NCBI GenBank assembly: GCA_965213675.1
Contig: OZ243916.1
Coordinates: 448,001-512,000, forward strand
Origin: an uncultured Candidatus Binatia bacterium
GTDB taxonomy: Bacteria > Desulfobacterota > Binatia > UBA9968 > JAJDTQ01
Reading direction: 5' to 3'
Length of the DNA: 64,000 bases
The notes beneath the pieces are model-generated. The model made no database searches. It saw only the letters and a program-made list of their open reading frames with translations, and had not been told where the DNA came from. Position numbers and translations under genes: made by a program. Shown here piece after piece: positions 19,689 through 27,992 of the stretch. Positions within the stretch are counted from its first letter, which is position 1; every line of letters starts with the position of its first letter.

Positions 19689-21134
19689 ATGCCCAAGAGC
19701 TTGGGATCGTTTCTGGAAGACTGCCGGCGTGAGATTCCCAACGAGGTGGTCCACGTGACAAAGCAGGTGGACCCGGCGCACTACGACGTGAGCGCGCTCA
19801 TCAAGCACCTCGACGAGATGCGCAAGTTCCCCATCCTGGTCTTCGACAACCCGCTGAACCTGCACGGGCAGCAGTCGGAGATCAAGCTGGCCATGAACTG
19901 CGAGATCTCCCAGGGCAAGACCCAGGTGGCCCTTGGGTTGGACAAGAGCACGAGCCGGGAAGTCATGACCGACATCTGTCTGGAGCGTGAGGAGCATCGT
20001 GTGGAGCCGGTGGTCATCGAGCGCGATCAGGCGCCGGTCATGGAGAACGTGCAGACCGGCAAGGACGTCGACATCTACCAGATCCCGGTGATGCGGCACC
20101 ACTACATGGACGGCGGCCCCTACATCGTCATGTCCACCATTACCAAGGAACGGACTTCCGGCATCTACAATTGCTCGTATCACCGCATGGAGGTGAAGTC
20201 GCCGCAAAGCACCGCGCTCTACGCGTCGCCGCGCCACCTGTGGAAGATCTTCAAGGACTACGAGGACAACAACCTGGAATGTCCGGTGGCCACGGTGCTG
20301 GGACACCATCCGGCGTACCACATGGGGGCGTGCTACAGCGGCCCGTTCGAGGTGAGCGAGTTCGACATCATCGGCGGCTACATGCAGGAGCCGCTGCGCC
20401 TGACGCCCTCCTCCACCTGGGGCGACAACTTCCTGATCCCGGCGGACGCCGAGGTGGTCATCGAGGGCCTGTTGCAGCCCAACAAGCGCGTGGTGGAAGG
20501 TCCCTTCGGCGAGGCGCCGGGGTACCTCGGGCCGCAGCGCTACTCCACCTGCGTGGAATACAAGGTGACGGCCATGAGTTGGCGCAAGGGCGCCATGTTC
20601 CAGTCCATCATCACCCCGGAGGGGGACAAGCCGTGGATGGACCTGCCGCGGGAGGGCGCCTATTTGCGCCGTTGCCGCGAGGCCGTGCCGGGTGTGACCG
20701 CGGTGTGCAAGATGGGCCGCCACGCCCACTACAACGTGTTCATTTCCATGAAGAAGATGTCGGAAGGCGACCCCGGGCGCGCGGCGGCGGCGGCCCTGAC
20801 CTTCGACCACACCAAGAACGTCTTCGTGTTCGACGAGGACATCAACGTGTACAATCCCACGGACATCCTGTGGGCGCTGGCCACACGCGTACAGCCGCAT
20901 CGCCAGATATCGATCCTGAAACCGCTTTTCCGCGGCAACTTCCTCGATCCGTCCCTGGTGGACGAAATCAAGACCTCCGGGATGATCGTGGACGCGACGC
21001 GGCCGCTGGACCGGCCGTTCTCGCCGGTGTCCAAGGTGCCGGACGAGGCCATGGAGCGGGTCAAGGTCGAGGACTTCATTCCAGGCGAGATCGTGTCGCA
21101 TATTCCCATCGACCGTACCACGTACTGGTCGTAA
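19689..21134 (+). CDS. UbiD-family (prFMN-dependent) decarboxylase
   Basis: DGGPYI, YNCSYHR, AEVVIEG, EGPFGEAPGY, DEDI...WALATR. Confidence 0.93.
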   Translation: MPKSLGSFLEDCRREIPNEVVHVTKQVDPAHYDVSALIKHLDEMRKFPILVFDNPLNLHGQQSEIKLAMNCEISQGKTQVALGLDKSTSREVMTDICLEREEHRVEPVVIERDQAPVMENVQTGKDVDIYQIPVMRHHYMDGGPYIVMSTITKERTSGIYNCSYHRMEVKSPQSTALYASPRHLWKIFKDYEDNNLECPVATVLGHHPAYHMGACYSGPFEVSEFDIIGGYMQEPLRLTPSSTWGDNFLIPADAEVVIEGLLQPNKRVVEGPFGEAPGYLGPQRYSTCVEYKVTAMSWRKGAMFQSIITPEGDKPWMDLPREGAYLRRCREAVPGVTAVCKMGRHAHYNVFISMKKMSEGDPGRAAAAALTFDHTKNVFVFDEDINVYNPTDILWALATRVQPHRQISILKPLFRGNFLDPSLVDEIKTSGMIVDATRPLDRPFSPVSKVPDEAMERVKVEDFIPGEIVSHIPIDRTTYWS

Positions 21135-21272
21135 CCAACTCTGTTCCGTTGTCGTGCGGCTCTTGACGGCGTCCCTCGGCGCCGAGTCAAGTGTGGGGCG
21201 AACGCTGCCGTTGGTCTCGGGTGAGCCGAAGGGCGCATTCCGTCGATTCATTCAGAACGAAAGGAACCCCTC

Positions 21273-21419
21273 ATGGGTCAGGCTGTTGAAGTCACTTGTC
21301 CGAAATGCGGTGAGAAATTCGTTGTGAACCCGCACATGCTGGGCTCGGGCATGGAGTTCCACTGCCCCTTCTGCAGCGCCTACTTCCCCGAGGAAGAAAG
21401 CCCTCACATCTGGAAGTAG
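21273..21419 (+). CDS. 48-aa zinc-ribbon protein (below the ORF-track size cutoff)
   Basis: AAGGAA RBS; MGQAVEVTCPKCGEKFVVNPHMLGSGMEFHCPFCSAYFPEEESPHIWK*; two CxxC pairs. Confidence 0.8.
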   Translation: MGQAVEVTCPKCGEKFVVNPHMLGSGMEFHCPFCSAYFPEEESPHIWK

Positions 21420-21449
21420 GAGAGTTCGTCGCCCCACGATTTCTTCGAT

Positions 21450-22388
21450 TTGGGGCGCCTCCTCGCCTTCCGGGAGGCGCTGGAACGCGTCGCGGCCGCG
21501 GATGCGCCCGCCGCCGTCCTGATGCGCGGCCGGGAGCCGGCCCGGGGCGGCCGCGTGGGCGTCCTGCCGGGTTCCTTCAATCCCCTCACCGCCGCCCATC
21601 TGGAGCTGGCGCGGGCGGCCCGGCGGCGCTTCGAGCTGGACACCGTCGTCTTCTCCATCAGCAGCGTCATCGTCGACAAGGAACGGGTGGAAGGGCTGTG
21701 CCGCGAGGACCGGCTGCTGCTGCTTTCGTTGGTGGCGCAGGACGATCCCGGAACCGCGGTGGCGGTGGTCAACCGCGGCCTCTATTCCGGGCAGGCGCCT
21801 GCGTTCCGCGCGTGTTTCGGCGATGACGCGGATCTGTGGTTCATCGTGGGCATGGACAAGGTGCTGCAGATCTTCGACCCCCGATACTACGAGGACCGCG
21901 ATGCCGCGCTGGACAAGCTCTTCGCCCACGTGCGGCTCATCGCCGCCAACCGCGAGGCTTGGGACGTCGAGGCGCTGCGCGCACTGCTGGACCGGCCCGA
22001 CAACGCGCCCTACAGGGACCGGGTGCAACCGCTGGCGTTGCCGCCGCGCCTGCGGCATCAATCCTCCAGCGCCGTGCGCCGGAGCGTCGGGGGCGGGGAG
22101 CCAACCGGCGACGCGGTCTCGCGCCCCGTGCGCGAGTTCATCGAAGCCACGGGCGCGTACCGGGAACCCTACGAGTTGCGCCTGGCGGCGCTCGACATGC
22201 TTTATCCCGTGCGTGAATGGGCGGCGCGGGAAGTCGCGTTGGATGTCTTGATGGCGCGGGCGGCGGATGCCGCGGGTGGCGGGACGGTGCGCGAACTCCT
22301 GCGCGCGCCGCTGCCGCCCGAGGAGTTCAAGTCCCGGCTGAGCGCGCTGGGTCTGGCGCGCTCCCGCGTCCAGGCGCCTGCGCCGTAG
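21450..22388 (+). CDS. nucleotidyltransferase, NadD/NMNAT-like (start uncertain)
   Basis: PGSFNPLTAAH (TxxH), FIVGMDK and SSSAVR motifs; C-terminal extension. Confidence 0.8.
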   Translation: MGRLLAFREALERVAAADAPAAVLMRGREPARGGRVGVLPGSFNPLTAAHLELARAARRRFELDTVVFSISSVIVDKERVEGLCREDRLLLLSLVAQDDPGTAVAVVNRGLYSGQAPAFRACFGDDADLWFIVGMDKVLQIFDPRYYEDRDAALDKLFAHVRLIAANREAWDVEALRALLDRPDNAPYRDRVQPLALPPRLRHQSSSAVRRSVGGGEPTGDAVSRPVREFIEATGAYREPYELRLAALDMLYPVREWAAREVALDVLMARAADAAGGGTVRELLRAPLPPEEFKSRLSALGLARSRVQAPAP

Positions 22389-22595
22389 AAACAGCGGCCC
22401 GACGAACTCCCGCAGGGGCGAAAACCCCACTCGATCCATCCACTTCAACGGGGTCGCTTGCGACCGCGTATTCCGCCGGCGCAAGCTCCGGGCCGCGGCC
22501 ACGCAACCGGCGAGACACTCGCGCCGTTGCGCGTCCGACCCGCGCCCGGCGCCCCCGTGCACGAGCTCCGTACACGATGATGGCGGGCCGGAATT

Positions 22596-23669
22596 TCACC
22601 ATGCCGCCAACTCCCCGCCGTGGCCGGCGCGGACGCGCCCCAGTTCATAGCGCGATTCGTTCACTTCGTAGCCGCCGCGCACTGGGTCCTCGGCCAGCAG
22701 CAGGGGGGTGTCGAGGTCGATCCACTGGAAGGCGCCGGTGCCGGCCGCCAGATGGACGCTGAAGCCCATGGCCAGACGCGTCTCCACCATGCCGCCGATC
22801 ATGAGGCCGAGACCCGAGGCGCGGGCGATGGCGATGATCTCCAACGCCTGAACCACGCCGCACTTGGCGAGCTTGATGTTGATCACCTGCGCGAGACCGT
22901 GGCGCGCGATGCGCGCGGCGTCCTCGGCGGAGCGGCAGGATTCGTCCGCCGCCACGGGTACGCCCGCCTCCCGCGCCAGGCGCGCCAAGCCGTCCCAGTC
23001 CTCCCGCGGCACCGGTTGCTCCAGGAGCGCGGGCTCCAGTCCCAGGCGGCGTAGCGCGCCGAGCACGGCCAGCGCCTGGCGCGCGTCGTAGCCTTCGTTG
23101 GCGTCGAGGATGAGACGGCACCCCGGGTGGCCGCCGCAGATCGCGCGAACGCGCGCGATGTCGCCATCGACATCGCCGCCGACCTTGGTCTTCAGCGTGG
23201 TGAACCCGCGGGCGCGGTATTCCGCGGCCAAGGCGCGGGCCTGTGCGGGATCGCAGATGGGAATGGTGATGTCCGTTTCCAGGGACGCGGACGCGCCGCC
23301 GAAGTATTCGAAAAGGGGAACGCCGTGGGTGCGCGCGAGGGCGTCGAAAAGCGCCATCTCCAGGCCAGCCCGGACCGTGGGAAAGCCCTCCAGGGTGGCC
23401 GACAACGCGGCCAGGAGCGGACGCCAGCGCTGCGCTTCCTTGCCGGTCCACGACGCGCCAGCCCGACGCGCCGCCGCCAGCGCCGTGGCCTGAGTTTCCG
23501 GCGTCACCGTGGGCAGGGTCGGAATCTCCCCCCAGCCACTCACGCCGTCGGCGAGATCCAGCCGCACGGCGACGTTGGCGACCGTGTCCAGGCGCGCCCC
23601 GGCAATGGTGAAAGGCGCCTTGAGCGCCACGTCCAGGGGGTGGGCTTCGATGCGGGTGATGCGCGGCAT
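22596..23669 (-). CDS. dipeptide (L-Ala-D/L-Glu) epimerase, enolase superfamily
   Basis: KTKVG, LDANEG, LEQP, ADES, NIKLAK and DLD motifs. Confidence 0.9.
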   Translation of the reverse strand: MPRITRIEAHPLDVALKAPFTIAGARLDTVANVAVRLDLADGVSGWGEIPTLPTVTPETQATALAAARRAGASWTGKEAQRWRPLLAALSATLEGFPTVRAGLEMALFDALARTHGVPLFEYFGGASASLETDITIPICDPAQARALAAEYRARGFTTLKTKVGGDVDGDIARVRAICGGHPGCRLILDANEGYDARQALAVLGALRRLGLEPALLEQPVPREDWDGLARLAREAGVPVAADESCRSAEDAARIARHGLAQVINIKLAKCGVVQALEIIAIARASGLGLMIGGMVETRLAMGFSVHLAAGTGAFQWIDLDTPLLLAEDPVRGGYEVNESRYELGRVRAGHGGELAAW

Positions 23670-23883
23670 GGGGGTTCCGGGCGGGTGACACCGGAGGCGT
23701 ACAGATCAGTGTGGCGTTTCACGCATGCGTTGGCAAGTGACGAATCCCGCGAGAGAGGAGCCTCAAGTCGGCGGACCGGGAGAAGGCGAAGGCCCGTCGC
23801 TTCATCGGCCCGGATCTGTTACGTTCCCGGGCATCGCAGTGCGCGGACGTTGCGCCTGCGCGGCGTGCCAGGGAGGACCGAGC

Positions 23884-24681
23884 ATGATTTCCGAGGTCGA
23901 GTTCGCTGCCGGCAAGAAGGGGTATCTGGCGAAACCCGCGGACGGCGGCCGCCACCCAGCCGTGATCCAGCTCCATGAACGCTACGGCGTCGTCCAGCAC
24001 ACCACGGACATCGCCGAGCGTCTGGCGCGGAACGGCTACGTGGTTCTGGCGCCCGACATGTTTTCCCGTTTCACGGGAGACCGGGAAGCGTTGGCGCGCG
24101 GCGACATCGGCGCCGGCATCCGCGACGACGAGGCGCTGGCGGATCTGGACGAGTGTGTCCGTTACCTGCGCGGTCTCGACGAGGTCGACGGCGGGCGCCT
24201 GGCGGTGATGGGCGTGTGCCAGACGGGCCGGCAACCCCTGCTGGCGGCGGCCCATCGCAACGACCTGCGCTGCGCGGTGGTGTTCTACGGCGGCATCTAC
24301 CAGCGCGACTGGGAATCCCACGAGGAGCGTCCCACCCCGGTGGGGGAGTTCATCCAGCGCTTGTCCTGCCCGGTGCTGGGGGTATTCGGCGACAGCGACC
24401 ACATCATCTCGGTGGACGACGTGCGTCGTTTCCGCCGCGCCCTGGAGGACGCCCGGAAGACCTACTGCATTCGCATCTTCCGCGACGCGCCCCACGGCTG
24501 GCTCAACGACACCATGCCGGGGCGTTACCGGCCGGAAGCGGCGGAAGACGCCTGGGCGCTGTTGTTCCGCTTTCTCCAGCGGCACATGGCCGGGGAGGCC
24601 GACGCGTCGCGCGTGGAATGGGAGTTCGAGGGCGACGTCCCCGCCGCATACGACTTCTCCAGGATGGTGCGGCTGGCCTGA
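23884..24681 (+). CDS. dienelactone hydrolase family protein
   Basis: HERYG, APDMF, GVCQTG (Cys nucleophile), GDSD, APHGW. Confidence 0.9.
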   Translation: MISEVEFAAGKKGYLAKPADGGRHPAVIQLHERYGVVQHTTDIAERLARNGYVVLAPDMFSRFTGDREALARGDIGAGIRDDEALADLDECVRYLRGLDEVDGGRLAVMGVCQTGRQPLLAAAHRNDLRCAVVFYGGIYQRDWESHEERPTPVGEFIQRLSCPVLGVFGDSDHIISVDDVRRFRRALEDARKTYCIRIFRDAPHGWLNDTMPGRYRPEAAEDAWALLFRFLQRHMAGEADASRVEWEFEGDVPAAYDFSRMVRLA

Positions 24682-24882
24682 ATTCCCTGGCGTGTCCTTT
24701 CGCCCACGGACGGCTCGCCAACCTCACGACCACCGGATACGAACGGCGCGCGGCCCGCGTTTCGTTTGGTTTCCCGGAGATTATTGCTTAAGTTGAGTCA
24801 CCCGGAGTTGCTTGAATCGAGTCATTCAGATTGCATTCAGAGTGTCATGGGGCGGAGTTTTGCGGAAACGGGAGGCCTACGC

Positions 24883-25467
24883 GTGAGCCCCGGACGCACA
24901 TGGCTGTGCAGGTTGCTGCTGGCGGCGTGTTGCCTGGTGCCGTCCGTGTGGGCCGAGGAGGGTCCGAGGGCCGGGATCGAGCAGGCCCTGCGCGCCGGGC
25001 TCGCGATCCTCGCCGACGCCAGTCTTCCGGAGGAAGCCAGGATCAACGGCGTCCGAGGGGTGATCATGCCCCTGTTCGATTTCTCCGAGATGGCGCGGCG
25101 TTCCCTGGGCTCGCACTGGCGTCGCCGGACGCCGGAAGAGCGGGAAGAGTTCGCCCGGCTTTTCGGCGCGCTCCTGGAGAAGACCTATACCAGCCGCATC
25201 GCCGCGTTCCAGGGCCAGCGAGTACAGGTCACCGGCGAGGAGATCGACGGGGGCTACGCCCAGGTGGAAACCCAGGTCCTGGACCAGGAGGGACGCAGGT
25301 ACGACCTGGACTATCGCCTGCGCCGCGTGGAGTCCAACGGCAAATGGCTCGTCTATGACATCATTTTCCAGGACATCAGCCTGGTCAACAACTACCGCGC
25401 GCAGTTCAGCCGCGTGATCAACCGGAGTTCGTATGACAACCTGGTGGCCAGGCTTCGCGCGCGGTAG
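24883..25467 (+). CDS. mlaC: MlaC/Ttg2D phospholipid-binding protein
   Basis: Signal peptide; FDFSEMARRSLG..W, WLVYDII and ISLVNNYRAQF motifs. Confidence 0.85.
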   Translation: MSPGRTWLCRLLLAACCLVPSVWAEEGPRAGIEQALRAGLAILADASLPEEARINGVRGVIMPLFDFSEMARRSLGSHWRRRTPEEREEFARLFGALLEKTYTSRIAAFQGQRVQVTGEEIDGGYAQVETQVLDQEGRRYDLDYRLRRVESNGKWLVYDIIFQDISLVNNYRAQFSRVINRSSYDNLVARLRAR

Positions 25468-25529
25468 CGCGCGTGTCCTGTGCCATGTGCGCTGAGGCCC
25501 GGTTGTCCGACCGGTTGCGCCGAGGACCC

Positions 25530-26267
25530 ATGCAGGAGAAATCGGTTCCGTCCGTGCCCAGGAGAGCGTCCACGCTCGTGCTCGTGCGTCCGGGGCAAGG
25601 CGGGGCGTTCGAGATCTTCATGACGAGACGGCCCCGGGAGATGCGTTTCCTCGGGGGCTTCTTCGTCTTTCCGGGGGGCGCCGTCAAAGGGACGGATGCG
25701 TCGCCGGCCATGCTGGACATGTGTCGCGGGCTTGCGCCCGCGGACGCCCGCGCGCGCCTGGGGGACGAGTTGAGCGCCGAGGACGCCATGGGCCATTGGG
25801 TGGCGGCCATTCGCGAGTTGTACGAGGAAGTGGGGGTGTTGCTGTGCGCCACCCGGGAAACCGGCGCGGCCGTCACCCTGGATACCTGCGAACGCGTGGT
25901 GGCGCGGCGCGCGGCGCTGCTGCGCCGTGAGGTGAGCTTTGCGGAACTGCTGGGCTCCGAAGGGCTTTGCTGCGATGTGGGCAAGCTCGTCTATTTCTAT
26001 CACCGCACCACCCCCGAGCGTTACGCCATGCGCTTCGACACCCGCTTTTTCCTCGCCGCTCTGCCGGAGGGACAGACGCCGCTGGAGGTATCGGAGGAGG
26101 TGACGGAAAGCCTCTGGCTCACCCCGGCCGAGGGGTTGCAGCGGGCCGGGCGCGGACGCATGGCCATCATCCCGCCGACGTTGGCGACCCTGCGCACCCT
26201 GGCGGAACTGGAAACATGGGACGCGCTGTGCCGGGACTTCGCCTTGCCGCTGCCAGAGAACGCATGA
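25530..26267 (+). CDS. NUDIX hydrolase (Nudt19-like)
   Basis: VFPGGAV...AAIRELYEEVG, TTP, RFDTRFF, IPPT. Confidence 0.88.
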   Translation: MQEKSVPSVPRRASTLVLVRPGQGGAFEIFMTRRPREMRFLGGFFVFPGGAVKGTDASPAMLDMCRGLAPADARARLGDELSAEDAMGHWVAAIRELYEEVGVLLCATRETGAAVTLDTCERVVARRAALLRREVSFAELLGSEGLCCDVGKLVYFYHRTTPERYAMRFDTRFFLAALPEGQTPLEVSEEVTESLWLTPAEGLQRAGRGRMAIIPPTLATLRTLAELETWDALCRDFALPLPENA

Positions 26268-26304
26268 ACCTGCCCGGGAGGGTTGGGAGGGAGCAGTCGA
26301 TACC

Positions 26305-27951
26305 ATGAGAACGGTGGACGTGATCGCCCGGATCCTGAAGCGCGAGGGGGTCTCCTACCTGAGCGCCTTTCCCACATCGAACCTGATCGAAGCGGCCGCC
26401 GCCGCCGGCATCCGGCCGATCATCTGCCGTCAGGAACGGGTGGGGGTGGGGATCGCGGACGGCTACAGCCGGGTCCACAACGGCACGCCGCCGGGGGTGT
26501 TCGCCATGCAGTTCGGGCCTGGGGCGGAGAACGCCTACGCGGGCGTGGCCACGGCCTTCTCGGACGCCGTGCCCGTGCTGCTGCTGCCCCTGGGACACGC
26601 GCGTGAACGGGACGGCGTCTTCCCTCAGTTCAGTTCTGTTCGCAACTACGCGCCGGTAACCAAGTTCGTGGAGCAGGTCACCACCGCGGACCGGGTGGTG
26701 GATACCATGAGGCGGGCGTTCGCGCGGCTCAAGATGGGGCGTCCCGGCCCGGTGATGGTGGAGATCCCCGCGGACGTGGCCGGCGAGGAACTCGATGGCG
26801 CAGCGGTGGACCGCTATCGTCCGGTGAAGGCGGCGGTATCGCAGGCGGACCCGCGCGACGTGACGGCCGCGGCCAAGGCGCTGCTGGACGCGCGGGATCC
26901 GGTGATCCTGGCGGGTCAAGGGGTGCTGTACGCGGAGGCGGCCCCCGAGTTGCTGGAGCTGGCGGAACTCACCGGCGTACCCGTGGTGACCACCATGGGC
27001 GGCAAAAGCGCGTTCCCCGAGTCCCACCCGCTGGCGCTGGGCAGCGCTTCCGGCGTCATGAACCGGCCGGTGTACCACTTCCTCAAGAAGGCCGACGTGG
27101 TGCTGGCGGCGGGCACGAGCCTCACCCGCCATCCCATGACCACGCCGGTTCCGGCGGACAAGACCTTCATCCAGGTGACGGACGATCCCATCGACGTGGG
27201 CAAGAACTACGACGTGGAGCATCCGGTCATCGGCGACGCCAGGCTGGTGCTGCGGCAGTTCGTGGAGGCGGCGAGGGACCTGCTGAACGGGCGTTCCCGC
27301 GACCACCGTGCCGCCGCCGGCGCCATCGCCGAATTGCGCGCCGCGTGGCTTGCCGAGTGGAACGCGAAGCTCACCTCCGACGCCGTGCCCATCAACCCGT
27401 ACCGGGTCGTCGCCGAGTTCATGGGCGCGGTGGACCCGGCGCAAGCCATCGTCACCCACGATTCCGGCAGTCCGCGGGACCAGATCATGCCCTTCTATCG
27501 TTCCGCCGGGCCGCGCTCCTACCTCGGTTGGGGCAAGTCCCACGGCTTGGGCACCGGCCTGGGATTGAATCTCGGCGCCAAGCTGGCGGCGCCGGACAAG
27601 TTCGTGGTGAACTTCATGGGCGACGCCGCCTTCGGCATGACCGGGCTCGATTTCGAGACCGCGGTGCGCTCAGACCTGCCGATCCTGACCATCGTGCTCA
27701 ACAATTCCACCATGGCGGTGGAGACGCGCCACATGACCGTGTCCCACGAGCGTTACGGCAGCCGCGACCTGGGCGGAAACTATGCGGACATGGCCCGCGC
27801 CATGGGCGGTTGGGCCGAGCGCGTGGAGGACCCGGCGGACGTGGGCGCCGCCGTCGTGCGCGCCCGGCGCGCCACCGAAGAGGGCAGGGCCGCGCTGCTG
27901 GAGTTCATCACCAGCGCCGAGATCGAGTATTCCCACAAGGGCGCCTTCTGA
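26305..27951 (+). CDS. thiamine pyrophosphate-requiring enzyme (acetolactate synthase-like)
   Basis: RQERVG, GPGAEN, GRPGPVMVEIP and GDAAFG...NN motifs. Confidence 0.92.
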   Translation: MRTVDVIARILKREGVSYLSAFPTSNLIEAAAAAGIRPIICRQERVGVGIADGYSRVHNGTPPGVFAMQFGPGAENAYAGVATAFSDAVPVLLLPLGHARERDGVFPQFSSVRNYAPVTKFVEQVTTADRVVDTMRRAFARLKMGRPGPVMVEIPADVAGEELDGAAVDRYRPVKAAVSQADPRDVTAAAKALLDARDPVILAGQGVLYAEAAPELLELAELTGVPVVTTMGGKSAFPESHPLALGSASGVMNRPVYHFLKKADVVLAAGTSLTRHPMTTPVPADKTFIQVTDDPIDVGKNYDVEHPVIGDARLVLRQFVEAARDLLNGRSRDHRAAAGAIAELRAAWLAEWNAKLTSDAVPINPYRVVAEFMGAVDPAQAIVTHDSGSPRDQIMPFYRSAGPRSYLGWGKSHGLGTGLGLNLGAKLAAPDKFVVNFMGDAAFGMTGLDFETAVRSDLPILTIVLNNSTMAVETRHMTVSHERYGSRDLGGNYADMARAMGGWAERVEDPADVGAAVVRARRATEEGRAALLEFITSAEIEYSHKGAF

Positions 27952-27992
27952 TTGGGACCGCGCTGGCGGCCCGGAGGCGTTGAAAGGATTCC

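Noticed and set aside
22580-22602. GGTGAAATTCC on the minus strand, resembling an FMN or cobalamin riboswitch core
   Set aside because: It overlaps a stop codon at a gene 3' end and the other conserved riboswitch elements are absent.
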